IMG/VR virus record: IMGVR_UViG_3300023174_000053
Coordinates: 1 to 64,000 of that record
DNA: 64,000 nt
DNA from: a virus
Reading direction: 5' to 3' (one strand)
Part shown: positions 39,585 to 49,257 of the stretch, one piece after another
How the letters are laid out: each line of letters begins with the position of its first letter
Position numbering within the stretch: the stretch's first letter is position 1
Translations under genes and position numbers: made by a program
Notes under the pieces: model-generated
What the model saw: the letters and a program-made list of their open reading frames with translations, nothing else
Told to the model about the DNA's origin: nothing
Database searches by the model: none

Positions 39585-39940
39585 AACATATCCTAGCAGG
39601 CATTTGTCTGCTAGGGTTTTCTTTACCATCCCTAGCAGCTCCAGTCACACCAAACTTTACTAGTGGTACTGTAACTTCTCATACTGAATCCACCACAACA
39701 GTAAATGAGATAATTAGACAACAAGATTTCCAAACTGGATTTAGTTATACAGTTACTGGAACAAATATCAATATTCCAGGAACTCCAACTCTTGGAGCAG
39801 GATATTCTATTGTAAATCAAGGACAACCATTTCAGTTTTCAGAAACTTATATGGGTCCTGGATTGATTAAAGATACAACAGTCAATAGAACCACGACAAT
39901 TCAATCTGTCACAGATTCAATGTCAGTATTTACCCAATAA
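39581..39940 (+). CDS. Secreted beta-rich hypothetical protein
   Basis: Signal peptide ...SLPSLA; PVTPNFTSG. Confidence 0.6.
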   Translation: MKHILAGICLLGFSLPSLAAPVTPNFTSGTVTSHTESTTTVNEIIRQQDFQTGFSYTVTGTNINIPGTPTLGAGYSIVNQGQPFQFSETYMGPGLIKDTTVNRTTTIQSVTDSMSVFTQ

Positions 39941-39941
39941 A

Positions 39942-40664
39942 ATGAAATGCCTACAAACAATCCTTGCTCTAGGTGTCTTTGTTCTCCCTGCGTATGCAGA
40001 GGGGGATACTCCTGTAACTGCAATTGCAAATCCTCAGGCAACATCAACAGGAAGTGTAACAAACCAAGCAGTACAAGTCTTACAAGGTCCATACGTGACC
40101 AATTCATACGGTGGTGGAGTAAGTTGTCAGGGACCAACCTTTAATCTTACTCCCTTTATGACCACATCCAAAAGTGGTTCAAGACCTTTTGAAGCATATG
40201 CGGATATTGATAATGACCCAACCACAGGAATAAATGGATTAGAAAGAACTGGTCAAAAAGATACATTCTCAAATAACTTTGGTCTGTCAGCAACTCTTTC
40301 ATTTCCATTAGATGGTGGATTACAGGAAAGATGTAAGACTGCTGCAGATACTTGGACTGCTAGACAAAGAGCAGAAACAGATAAGGCGAGATTAGATTTT
40401 GAACTTGTAAGATTATTAAAATGTGGAGAAGCAAAGAAAGCAGGTATTTTCTTTATTCCTTCTTCTCCCTACGCAAGGATATGTGCGGATGTCGTCGTGA
40501 TTCAGCAAATTCCTGCCTCTGGCGTAATTTCTCAGCCTTCTGTTCCTTCTTCAAAAGTTTCAAAGTCTTCTTATCCAGTTCCAAAGCAAACAACATCTGA
40601 GTCTCGTAAGGCGTCAGATCTCGGTTCAACAATTGCTTCCCCCGAACAAAAGTTTGCTCAATAA
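39942..40664 (+). CDS. Secreted hypothetical protein
   Basis: Signal peptide ...LPAYA; SGSVTNQAVQ-like motif, CQGPT, LDFEL.RL..CG. Confidence 0.6.
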   Translation: MKCLQTILALGVFVLPAYAEGDTPVTAIANPQATSTGSVTNQAVQVLQGPYVTNSYGGGVSCQGPTFNLTPFMTTSKSGSRPFEAYADIDNDPTTGINGLERTGQKDTFSNNFGLSATLSFPLDGGLQERCKTAADTWTARQRAETDKARLDFELVRLLKCGEAKKAGIFFIPSSPYARICADVVVIQQIPASGVISQPSVPSSKVSKSSYPVPKQTTSESRKASDLGSTIASPEQKFAQ

Positions 40665-41181
40665 TAGGTTTTAAAACTTTTACCAACTGTTCAACCAAAG
40701 ATTTGCCAATAAGAGCCGCAGCGACACTAGCAGTAGCAGTGGTGCCAGATAATACAACCGTTTGTGTAGAGGGGACTGGAATTGGTCCAATATAAGGAAC
40801 ATTAATAGTCGGAGCATCTATTTCTGGTGTTGAAGAATCAATCTTCTGTTGTTGTGGTGGTAATGAAATTGGTGCTTGTTTTAAAGTATCAGTAATTGAT
40901 TTAGTGTCTGGAAGTCCTCTGGATTTATCTTGTATTTCTTCTTCTTTCTTTGGTTCTTGTTGGGCATTTACCATTTTCCTAAACTCTTCAGTTGTAGGAG
41001 CATCAATAGGTTCATAGTTTGGAATACCATCCATAGGAACATCCACAATAGGTTTTGGAAGTGTTCTATTAATTGGTATAAGAATAGGTGGAGGTTCCAA
41101 ATTACGAATAACTGGAACCTCCACCCTTGGTGTTTCTATACTATTTGTTTTTATATCAGGAATTTCTGGTACGTTTGGCAT
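40453..41181 (-). CDS. Proline-rich membrane-associated hypothetical protein
   Basis: Pro-rich N-terminus and a hydrophobic TTATASVAAALIG segment. Confidence 0.55.
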   Translation of the reverse strand: MPNVPEIPDIKTNSIETPRVEVPVIRNLEPPPILIPINRTLPKPIVDVPMDGIPNYEPIDAPTTEEFRKMVNAQQEPKKEEEIQDKSRGLPDTKSITDTLKQAPISLPPQQQKIDSSTPEIDAPTINVPYIGPIPVPSTQTVVLSGTTATASVAAALIGKSLVEQLVKVLKPIIEQTFVRGKQLLNRDLTPYETQMLFALELDKKTLKLLKKEQKAEKLRQRQEFAESRRHPHISLRREKKE

Positions 41182-41575
41182 CTAATTCAGCAAAGTTTTT
41201 CTTTTTTGTACCTCCATCGTAAGACCAGGCCATGCCAGCATCAATCATTTGTTCATTAAGTGAGTTTGTTTGGTCATTAATGAATAGGTGACCAATAATT
41301 CTTCCATACTTCTCAGTACTATCTGGAAGCTCAGTTTTAATTAAAATGTTCTTAGCATTTTCTATTTTATGCTTCAACCATTCTTTTGACTCAATCCCAT
41401 ACTTTTTCTCATTAACATCTGCCGTTCTTGATTCGGGAGTATCTACACCAGCAAGACGAATTCTTTTTTCTAATGCAATATCAAACCCCAAATCTATTGA
41501 TGCGTCAATCGTATCACCATCAACTACTTTTAAAATCTGTTTGATTCTGTAAATATAAGGATCCTTATTATCCAT
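41156..41575 (-). CDS. Staphylococcal nuclease (thermonuclease) family protein
   Basis: KVVDGDTI, RIRLAGVDTPE, KYGRI, G.AW.Y. Confidence 0.9.
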   Translation of the reverse strand: MDNKDPYIYRIKQILKVVDGDTIDASIDLGFDIALEKRIRLAGVDTPESRTADVNEKKYGIESKEWLKHKIENAKNILIKTELPDSTEKYGRIIGHLFINDQTNSLNEQMIDAGMAWSYDGGTKKKNFAELDAKRTRNS

Positions 41576-41799
41576 CAGAATGGTAACTTAAACTTCGAAG
41601 TATTTAGGTTGGGAATGGGTAATTTTTGAAATGCTTTGCCGACTTGTTCTTCCACAACTTTATCTACGATGGAACTTACAAAGTCTTCTGGGTGATTGAT
41701 AATCGTTTCTGCTTTTTTGTAGGTTATATAAGCACCAACTGCTAAACCTAAAGATACAGTTAAACTGAGTGCTGATAGAATTAGTGATAGTTCTTTCAT
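41575..41799 (-). CDS. Small membrane-anchored protein
   Basis: Probable start MKELSLILS; N-terminal TM helix. Confidence 0.5.
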   Translation of the reverse strand: MKELSLILSALSLTVSLGLAVGAYITYKKAETIINHPEDFVSSIVDKVVEEQVGKAFQKLPIPNLNTSKFKLPF

Positions 41800-41906
41800 T
41801 CCCTTTCCTCTAAATATGCCATTCTTAGTATATAGTAAATACAATAACAAGTAAAAATTAAACCAGAACCGAGAATTATGCAAACTCCCCAAGGAAAATC
41901 AGTCAT
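41796..41906 (-). CDS. Small membrane protein (36 aa)
   Basis: Manual translation MTDFPWGVCIILGSGLIFTCYCIYYILRMAY...; ATGA overlaps at both ends. Confidence 0.5.
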   Translation of the reverse strand: MTDFPWGVCIILGSGLIFTCYCIYYILRMAYLEERE

Positions 41907-42097
41907 TCTCTTCCTTCCTCTTTGTGTATAAAAACTTTTAAATCTTTAACATACTTTCTTAGTATCTGTGCCTGTTCCTCATGCCAAAAATTACCCGTCT
42001 CCAAATGAAGACGGGTGTGGTTATCTATGGCTTTCAGAATTTGATGTATTGGTTTATTCCAACACTCACGTTTGGGAGTGTTCCACTCTCTTGCCAT
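41903..42097 (-). CDS. Conserved hypothetical protein
   Basis: REWNTPKRECWN.PIH..LKAIDNH. Confidence 0.55.
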   Translation of the reverse strand: MAREWNTPKRECWNKPIHQILKAIDNHTRLHLETGNFWHEEQAQILRKYVKDLKVFIHKEEGRE

Positions 42098-42103
42098 AAG
42101 TCC

Positions 42104-42208
42104 TCATTTTTTCTTGCCACCATTCTTTGCTTTCTTTGCTGTAGCATTCCCTTGATTCTGTTTGGAACCATTGGAATCTTTCTTGCCTTTGTTTGATGAT
42201 TTTGCCAT
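42104..42208 (-). CDS. Small Lys-rich basic protein (34 aa)
   Basis: Manual translation MAKSSNKGKKDSNGSKQNQGNATAKKAKNGGKKK. Confidence 0.45.
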   Translation of the reverse strand: MAKSSNKGKKDSNGSKQNQGNATAKKAKNGGKKK

Positions 42209-42552
42209 TATGCACCAGTTGTACGAGGTTGAACTTGTCCTTCCTCAAGTGCTTCAACTCTTTCTTCAAGAGATACAGTTGTTTCGTCAATTGTTGAAAC
42301 AGGTGGTTCGGGAGGTGCTTCTACAACTGTCTCAGTTCTTGGAAGTTCCTTCTTTTCATCTTCATCATCACCACCTTTCTTCATTGTATTAATACCAAAA
42401 GTAGCAGCAGAAGCAGTAAATACTGTAGCAATGAATGTGGGATCCATTTTAGCAAACATACCAGCATAACTTGCGGTAAGTAGTGCGGCAGACCAACTCA
42501 AAATCACAACACGAATTAGTTGTCCCATACCATTTTCCTTTTTGTTGTTCAT
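42208..42552 (-). CDS. Two-TM membrane protein (holin-like)
   Basis: Two hydrophobic helices and MDPTFIA.VF; directly after the endolysin gene. Confidence 0.45.
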   Translation of the reverse strand: MNNKKENGMGQLIRVVILSWSAALLTASYAGMFAKMDPTFIATVFTASAATFGINTMKKGGDDEDEKKELPRTETVVEAPPEPPVSTIDETTVSLEERVEALEEGQVQPRTTGA

Positions 42553-42570
42553 TTTTGTTAGTTTAATAGG

Positions 42571-43242
42571 TTAACCTTTTTTCCAAGATTCACCTTCTGC
42601 TTTTCTTCTACGAGCAAGTCCTGCTTCTACATTAGATCCAGGATTTCTGTACAAGTAAATCGCATCGGGAACTAAGTCCCATTCTTTATTCTTCAGTGTG
42701 CGTGTAATAGTATTGAAATTATCACCACCATAAAAACCAGCACCAAGATTATAAGCAAAGGAGAGAAGTGCTCCTCTTTTGCCGTCAGACATTTCATTCC
42801 AGTGTGGAATTTTACGAAGTGATGGAAGAAACTGGTTCTTACATTGAGTAATCAATAACTCATCTGCTTCCTGTTGAGTGATGGTATCACCCATATGGAA
42901 TGGTGATCCATCCTTCTTACGGGTAGTTCCCCAACCTATGGTGATTGGAAGTCCACCTGAGAGAGGATCTGGATATGCTTTGAGATGGCATCCTTCAAAC
43001 TCTTTAATGAGTTTTAGACCTGTCATGGGCATATCATCACCACCTGCTACAGGAGCGGCAGCAGTTGATGTAGATGCTGGTGTCGCATTACCCCTTTTTC
43101 CTCTATAAATCTCCGCCCAATCTACAGTATCATCAAGATACTTAACCGGGAGATTATCTTCTAACCACTGAACTGCTTTGATGTGATTAGGGTTCTTCTC
43201 GTCATAAAACTTGAAGAAGTTGTGTAAGTCGATACGTGCCAT
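42571..43242 (-). CDS. Endolysin, GH24 lysozyme
   Basis: LIKEFEG...AYPD...TIGWGTT, ALLSFAYNLG, GLARRRKAE. Confidence 0.9.
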   Translation of the reverse strand: MARIDLHNFFKFYDEKNPNHIKAVQWLEDNLPVKYLDDTVDWAEIYRGKRGNATPASTSTAAAPVAGGDDMPMTGLKLIKEFEGCHLKAYPDPLSGGLPITIGWGTTRKKDGSPFHMGDTITQQEADELLITQCKNQFLPSLRKIPHWNEMSDGKRGALLSFAYNLGAGFYGGDNFNTITRTLKNKEWDLVPDAIYLYRNPGSNVEAGLARRRKAEGESWKKG

Positions 43243-43260
43243 TAGTTTTCTCCTTATGTA

Positions 43261-43932
43261 TCAATCGAAAATGCGACCCCAACCATCGTTGCCACCTGGG
43301 CACCAACGATGCTTAAGAACTGCTTTGGTGTAAATGGTCTTCTTACCATTTTCTACTGGTCCAGTATAGTTATCATTTAACGAACCATAAGGATCGTTAA
43401 CATAATATCCTTTACCATCTGGTGTCTTACCAATAATTACACACATGTGCCCACCAGTAGGTGAAGAAAGAGAACCCCTATGAAGAATACCAATAACAAC
43501 AGGTTTACCAGCATCCAAACTCTTATCAATATCAGAGAAAGAAAGATTGTAACTAAAGTGTGACTTAACACCAAAACCTTGTAGAACTTTGGTTTGAACT
43601 GAGTGATCAGTTGTGTCACCAATGGCAAATACTTTCTTAACATACTCATCATCACCTTTGATGCTTCCTGGTTTTAGGAACGCAAGGCACATAGCACACG
43701 ATGAAGAGTTACATGTGCGGTGAGCATCTCTGTAGTTGTCTACTTGATTAAAGTAAGGAACCGACAATACTGATGGTGTTGGCGGTTTTGTTCTAAACAT
43801 TCCTATCCACTCGGTTTCAGAATCATCAAGGAATTCAGCAGGTAGGTTATCCTCTAACCATTGAACTGCTGCTACATGATTTGCATTACCATCATCATAA
43901 TACTTAAAAAAGTTATGAAGATCCAGTGTCAT
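43261..43932 (-). CDS. Peptidase C39-like protein
   Basis: VPYFNQ.D....RTCNSSSCAM, GGHM, VNDPYG. Confidence 0.8.
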   Translation of the reverse strand: MTLDLHNFFKYYDDGNANHVAAVQWLEDNLPAEFLDDSETEWIGMFRTKPPTPSVLSVPYFNQVDNYRDAHRTCNSSSCAMCLAFLKPGSIKGDDEYVKKVFAIGDTTDHSVQTKVLQGFGVKSHFSYNLSFSDIDKSLDAGKPVVIGILHRGSLSSPTGGHMCVIIGKTPDGKGYYVNDPYGSLNDNYTGPVENGKKTIYTKAVLKHRWCPGGNDGWGRIFD

Positions 43933-44039
43933 TTTACCTCGTTTGTAACACTATCCTATTTAGATGATGCTGTTTTTATTAACAAAACAACAACAAAAAT
44001 TGAAAAATAAATTTGGAAAATATGATAAATCATCCAAAT

Positions 44040-44071
44040 AAAAAAATCCTCACCCTATTTAGAGTGAGGAT
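44040..44071 (-). terminator. Terminator after the hli cluster
   Basis: atcctcac / gtgaggat hairpin plus a U-run. Confidence 0.7.
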
Positions 44072-44100
44072 AAGTATGATTACCTATTTGTGTTAGTGTT

Positions 44101-44220
44101 TTAAAACACGCCAGGAAGAATCTGCCCAGTTGTGAGATATGTTCCAACTGCGATTACGAATCCAAGCATAGCAAGTCGTCCGTTTAAAATCTCTCCCTCA
44201 GGTGTAAATCCAAATTTCAT
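44101..44220 (-). CDS. hli: High-light-inducible protein (39 aa)
   Basis: Manual translation MKFGFTPEGEILNGRLAMLGFVIAVGTYLTTGQILPGVF (ExxNGRxAM motif). Confidence 0.9.
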   Translation of the reverse strand: MKFGFTPEGEILNGRLAMLGFVIAVGTYLTTGQILPGVF

Positions 44221-44231
44221 TTTAGTTCTCC

Positions 44232-44318
44232 TTAATAAGTTTCTGAAAGTTGATCAATAGAATGTGCAAGAAGCACAAAGAAGGCAATGCTTGTGATGGT
44301 AAAGATTGCTTCACTCAT
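44232..44318 (-). CDS. 28-aa single-TM peptide between the hli genes
   Basis: MSEAIFTITSIAFFVLLAHSIDQLSETY; tightly packed between the two hli genes. Confidence 0.5.
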   Translation of the reverse strand: MSEAIFTITSIAFFVLLAHSIDQLSETY

Positions 44319-44527
44319 CATACTACACCAAAGAAGAGATGTCCAGTAATAGCATAAGATACAAGTCCAGCAATGATGCCAAGCATTGCCCAACGACCGT
44401 TAGCAAGTTCTGCTCGTTCGTTATGAGTCATCATACCATACTTGATGGCATCGGCATCAGAGATGTACATCTTGGGTTCTTTAGCAAACATGTTTTGTTG
44501 CCCGAACTCATTAGTCGTTACAGTCAT
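44318..44527 (-). CDS. hli: High-light-inducible protein
   Basis: AELANGRWAMLG. Confidence 0.92.
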   Translation of the reverse strand: MTVTTNEFGQQNMFAKEPKMYISDADAIKYGMMTHNERAELANGRWAMLGIIAGLVSYAITGHLFFGVV

Positions 44528-44587
44528 TTTCCGTTTTGTTACGAAACATTACACAATTATATAGCAAATATAAAGGGGTGTCAAGTC

Positions 44588-45382
44588 TTACTTGCCTTCC
44601 CATCCTGGGGGAAGGGTTCCAAAGTAAGGATCATAATCAAATATTTCATTCCAATCAGAAATATCAACTGCTTGATTTCTCCAAAAATGCCACAATCCTT
44701 CATAACTTGATTTGTGAAATACATCTACATGCTCTGTATGAATGGAAGATCCCAATTCAATTCTATAAAGAAATAAAGGTATAGCAAAAGTATTTCCTGA
44801 GTTATAAATCAAATCATCCGCAACTGCTCTTGGTTTAACTCCATTATCAAGCTTATACTTATCACCACGAACGTGAAGATTGATAATTTTTTGTGCATGA
44901 TATCGAGTAATTAAATAGCAAGCAGTCGAAAAATCATTTACAAATCTGCGGTGCATCTTGAGATGGACTTGTGCAGGATTAATAATCGCAAGTTGAATGA
45001 CATCATAATCATAAGGAACTTTAGAAAAGAAATCTTTCCAAGTAAATCCCCAATGCTTTACCGTATCAAGATCACAATCATCTTCCATAATTAAGGCATA
45101 AGGTGAATCAGAAGTTTCCAAAAAATGTTGAAGGGCCTTCAGGTGCGATGTCACGCAACCAACCTCACTAGAGGACATATTATCAGGATAACGACCTTTA
45201 AGAATATCTCCAAGGTCTCTCCCGTCCCTTCCATCATAAGCAGAGATACGAGTATAATTTTCAATCTCCCAATACTTGAATTGATCCTCCATATATTCTC
45301 TTCTTTCTGGTTGCCCATCAAGATTTAAATAATAGATTGGACCAATACCTTGAAGTTTATAAGTTGATTTGTTTTTATCCAT
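44588..45382 (-). CDS. Glycosyltransferase family 25
   Basis: YYLNLD..PERR, RISAYDG, GC..SH, IMEDD, TACYLI. Confidence 0.85.
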   Translation of the reverse strand: MDKNKSTYKLQGIGPIYYLNLDGQPERREYMEDQFKYWEIENYTRISAYDGRDGRDLGDILKGRYPDNMSSSEVGCVTSHLKALQHFLETSDSPYALIMEDDCDLDTVKHWGFTWKDFFSKVPYDYDVIQLAIINPAQVHLKMHRRFVNDFSTACYLITRYHAQKIINLHVRGDKYKLDNGVKPRAVADDLIYNSGNTFAIPLFLYRIELGSSIHTEHVDVFHKSSYEGLWHFWRNQAVDISDWNEIFDYDPYFGTLPPGWEGK

Positions 45383-45397
45383 TATTATAATTTATAT

Positions 45398-47131
45398 TTA
45401 AGAATTTAAAATTTGTTTTTTATCATAAGGTGAATGTATAATTCTGGATTTAAAATTAAATTGATCATCAGGATAATCTCCAGGTTTTGCAAATGAAGGA
45501 CTTAAAACATTAAAATTATCTATATTTTCTATTCTATATTTGTTTAAATAACTTTCATCATGAGCAACAGTGATAATTTCATTTTTTAAATCTTCTAATA
45601 TTCTATCATCTAATTCTTCAATCATATCGATGATATCTGGAATTTTTCCTCCCCACACACACCCCTGAAGATACAAATCGTCTTTTTGATCTTCTATTTT
45701 AACACATGCTAAAGACTTTTCATTTCTTTCAAATGGAAGTTTTTCTCCAGATGATGAAGTAAATTTACATAAATTTGAATTTTGGCAAGGATGCTGAACA
45801 CCAAAAAATGACTTACTTTCATCAAAAAATTCTTCATATCCAATAACTTCGGAACAACAATACATATCAGCATCAAAATATACATACCAATCATAATTTA
45901 AAAGTTGTTTTTTAATTTTTTTGAGTTCACCAAATCTTCTCAATCCACCAATACTATTATAAGTCAACTTATATCTATCAGAATAATCCGATATAGTTAT
46001 TTCATCATTTTCAGATACTGGTATTATTTTAATATTTTCTGGGAGATTTCCATCAAGATCACCATCAGTAAAGACGAAAAAATCTTTTTCACATTCAGGA
46101 ACAAAATATTCCATAAATGTTTCATAATACTTAGGGAAAAATTTAAGATAATTTCCACTACCAATAAAATTAATTGCTATTTTCTTTTTGGACATCATTT
46201 TTTCAATATTTGGTAAGTAATAGTTTTGAATGACTGTTTCCCAATCAAATTGTTTTGCATATTCCAATATTTCTTCCCTATGTGAAATTGAATATTCTCT
46301 ATTTTTTACAATTTGATTTTCAATATAATTTATATCATTTATTTTATCTTCAGAAATAATAGTAATAAACTCTTTATTTGGATCTAAATTTGCTTTTCCC
46401 CATTCACAAACAACTACACCAAGTCCAGCAGCAAGTGCTTCCATACAAACTAGAGGATGTGCTTCTCCATCAGAAAGAAGTACAAGATTTCCATAGTCAG
46501 TTAAATTTTCATACAAATATTGTTTGTCCCATTCTCCAAGATAATTTTTATTTTTATCAAATCTATCATCTCTAATATTTCCAGCATACCAAAGAGATTT
46601 AATATCTTGAAATAAAAATTGCCTTTTTCTGTGATCTATAGTTGCCAAATAAATTGATTTATGAAAAAATTTTGGATTTTTAGATATTTTAAAATTTTCA
46701 AAATTTACACCATTGGGATTCAAAAATAATTTATTAGATGGAATATCACATACATCTTTATAAACTTTATTGATACTATCAGAGAGTCCAAATAAATTAG
46801 GTTTAATTTTTGAATATACATCAAATACTCTTTCTTTATATGGACCCATCATTTCAGGTCTTTCTAAATATGCAAAGTGTGTTGTTATAGCGCATGGATA
46901 CTTTATATGGGGATAAAGATATACATAATCATCATAATGAATGTGAACAAAATCTGGATTAAATTTATCTATTTGTTCTATAACTTCATTTAAATTTTGT
47001 GTATTAATAATTTGAATTTCATGCCCCAACTTTTCTAAAGTTAGTTTATAATCCCATATCAAAATTTCTATTGCACCCCAACCAGTAGGTGGGATAGGCA
47101 TAATACCTGGACCGATTAAAGAAATTTTCAT
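45398..47131 (-). CDS. Fusion of a GT-B (GT4-like) domain and a family-6 glycosyltransferase
   Basis: N-terminal part: GPG..PIPP.GWGA.E...EALAAGL. C-terminal part: KIAI.FIG.GNY, FFVFTD, FDADM, GCVWGG, HDESYLNKY (GT6 signature). Confidence 0.8.
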   Translation of the reverse strand: MKISLIGPGIMPIPPTGWGAIEILIWDYKLTLEKLGHEIQIINTQNLNEVIEQIDKFNPDFVHIHYDDYVYLYPHIKYPCAITTHFAYLERPEMMGPYKERVFDVYSKIKPNLFGLSDSINKVYKDVCDIPSNKLFLNPNGVNFENFKISKNPKFFHKSIYLATIDHRKRQFLFQDIKSLWYAGNIRDDRFDKNKNYLGEWDKQYLYENLTDYGNLVLLSDGEAHPLVCMEALAAGLGVVVCEWGKANLDPNKEFITIISEDKINDINYIENQIVKNREYSISHREEILEYAKQFDWETVIQNYYLPNIEKMMSKKKIAINFIGSGNYLKFFPKYYETFMEYFVPECEKDFFVFTDGDLDGNLPENIKIIPVSENDEITISDYSDRYKLTYNSIGGLRRFGELKKIKKQLLNYDWYVYFDADMYCCSEVIGYEEFFDESKSFFGVQHPCQNSNLCKFTSSSGEKLPFERNEKSLACVKIEDQKDDLYLQGCVWGGKIPDIIDMIEELDDRILEDLKNEIITVAHDESYLNKYRIENIDNFNVLSPSFAKPGDYPDDQFNFKSRIIHSPYDKKQILNS

Positions 47132-48024
47132 TTAAAAGAAATCCAATTAATTAAATTTACTTGAGGTTTCCACTCAAAAACATTTTTAATTTTATCTATA
47201 TTTGCAAGTGTTGTTTTTGCTTCTCCAGATCTTGGGGGAATAAAAACATAATTATCGGAAATAATTTTAGCAATTTCTATTATAGAAATATTTTCTCCAG
47301 TTCCAACATTATAAACTTGTCCATAATATTTCTCATCAATCTCTTTTGTTGCCGCAACTATATTTGCATTCACTACATCATAAACATGAACAAAATCTCT
47401 TTTTTGCATCCCATCATCTACAATTGTCAATGATTGATTATTTCTTTTTTGTTTTTGAAAAATACCAATCACTGGGGCATATTGTCCTGTTGTAGGACAT
47501 CTTTCTCCATAGACATTAAAATACCGAAGTATAATTGTCTTCAATCCATACAAATTAGTATACATCTTACAGAGTTTCTCTCCAGCAATTTTAGATACCG
47601 AATAGGGATTTAAACAATCATCAGGTTGATTTTCAACATTTGGGTATGGATTCATTCCATATCCAGAAGAAGTAGAAGAATAAATGACTTTTTTTACTCC
47701 TGCTTCTCTTGCACATTGAAGAACAGTACATGTTCCAACAGCATTTTTTGTTACTGCTTCAATAGGATTTAAGATTGCTGGTTGAAGTCTTGATTCTGCG
47801 GCAAGATGAAAAACATAATCAACTCCATCATAAAGAGATCTAGTTTTTTTATAATCACAAATATCATACTTATAATTTTGCGATTTATCATTCCAATAAA
47901 ATTTTTCATTACATTCAGAACTTTCATTATCAATTGTGATAACTTTATGTCCCTGTTTGATTAATTCATCAACAAGATTTGAACCAATAAATCCTGCTCC
48001 ACCAGTCACTAAACATTTAGTCAT
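47128..48024 (-). CDS. NAD-dependent nucleotide-sugar epimerase/dehydratase
   Basis: TGGAGFIGS, YSVSK, LRYFNVYG. Confidence 0.9.
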   Translation of the reverse strand: MTKCLVTGGAGFIGSNLVDELIKQGHKVITIDNESSECNEKFYWNDKSQNYKYDICDYKKTRSLYDGVDYVFHLAAESRLQPAILNPIEAVTKNAVGTCTVLQCAREAGVKKVIYSSTSSGYGMNPYPNVENQPDDCLNPYSVSKIAGEKLCKMYTNLYGLKTIILRYFNVYGERCPTTGQYAPVIGIFQKQKRNNQSLTIVDDGMQKRDFVHVYDVVNANIVAATKEIDEKYYGQVYNVGTGENISIIEIAKIISDNYVFIPPRSGEAKTTLANIDKIKNVFEWKPQVNLINWISFK

Positions 48025-48757
48025 AATTTTCCATTTCTTGTTTTTTTAATTTTATAGATTCATATATTGAAGTCTTCAATTTAGTAGAAGAATACTCATG
48101 AGATTCTCTATCCAACCAAACAATTTGAATTGAAATATTTTCTCCTGTATAAGGTCTTGTTTTATAATCAGTACCTAAAAACCTTATATTATATTCCCCA
48201 CTTCTCAAATAGTCAAGATATTCTTCTTCTACTTTATAAGTAACCACATCATCAATATATTTGATGCTTCTAAGAATCTCCATCCTTTCTTCAACACTTT
48301 GAACTGGTTGAAGTTTATATGATCGTTCTACTGATGGATCTTCATGAAGTGCAACTGTTAAATGATTACAATACAATTTAGCATCCTTAAACATGCGGAT
48401 ATATCCAGGATGAATTACATCAAAAGCACTCGCAATAATACCTTTTTTTAATGAGCAAGTTTTTTTCCACTCTTCTACATTAATACCCTTATCATCAATA
48501 AACAGATGCGCGTGTGGTTTCACATGCATAATAAGTTGGTGATGATAAACTCCCCAAGCACGTAACTGCTCTTTGGTGAGATCTGAATGATCCACACCAC
48601 TCACGCATCCACGAGCAGTCATAATTATAATTTTATGTCCACAATTAAAAAGACGATTAATCTCTTTAACAACTGTTAAATCGGGAAGTGCGTTTTGATA
48701 CTGACTCCCCTCAACAGAAGTACAGATAGTTCCATCTAAATCAAAACAATAAATCAT
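48017..48757 (-). CDS. HAD phosphatase fused to a cytidylyltransferase-family nucleotidyltransferase
   Basis: FDLDGT...TARG...KP...FIDDKG, then FDVIHPGY...G.DY; probable start MIYCFD. Confidence 0.75.
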   Translation of the reverse strand: MIYCFDLDGTICTSVEGSQYQNALPDLTVVKEINRLFNCGHKIIIMTARGCVSGVDHSDLTKEQLRAWGVYHHQLIMHVKPHAHLFIDDKGINVEEWKKTCSLKKGIIASAFDVIHPGYIRMFKDAKLYCNHLTVALHEDPSVERSYKLQPVQSVEERMEILRSIKYIDDVVTYKVEEEYLDYLRSGEYNIRFLGTDYKTRPYTGENISIQIVWLDRESHEYSSTKLKTSIYESIKLKKQEMENYD

Positions 48758-49257
48758 ACTACTCCATGCAAAAAGATTTGATGAACACACTCAACGATTC
48801 CATAATCTCTACTGTCAATATGATAGTCCCAGAGAGCATTATTGGCAATACTTCTTGCTTTATTTGTAAAGTTAAAACCAGTCAAAATACCATAAGAAAT
48901 CGTGTTACTCTCACAATACTTAATACAGTTAATAATATTTTTAGATTCACCACCAGAACTAATTAAGATGCAAAGAGTTTCTGGTGTTGAATAATATTCC
49001 AGAAATTTTCGATATGCATTCTCCATTCCAAAATCATTAATAAAACAAGTCAACATTGATGGATCAGAAAACACCAAAGAATTCTTATTATGAAATTTTA
49101 CATAATCCTGAGAGATATGTGATGCAACGGAATTGCTTCCACCATTACCAAGAATGATAATATTATTATACTTGTTGAAGGCATCTTTAAATTTAGAAAA
49201 TTGTTCTTCAATATGAGCACCATGAAGTGCATCAATATAATTTGAAAAAGGATTCAT
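48754..49257 (-). CDS. gmhA: Phosphoheptose isomerase (SIS domain)
   Basis: GNGGS.S.ASH, NDFG, ISSGGES.NI, E..HQI.LH. Confidence 0.75.
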   Translation of the reverse strand: MNPFSNYIDALHGAHIEEQFSKFKDAFNKYNNIIILGNGGSNSVASHISQDYVKFHNKNSLVFSDPSMLTCFINDFGMENAYRKFLEYYSTPETLCILISSGGESKNIINCIKYCESNTISYGILTGFNFTNKARSIANNALWDYHIDSRDYGIVECVHQIFLHGVV

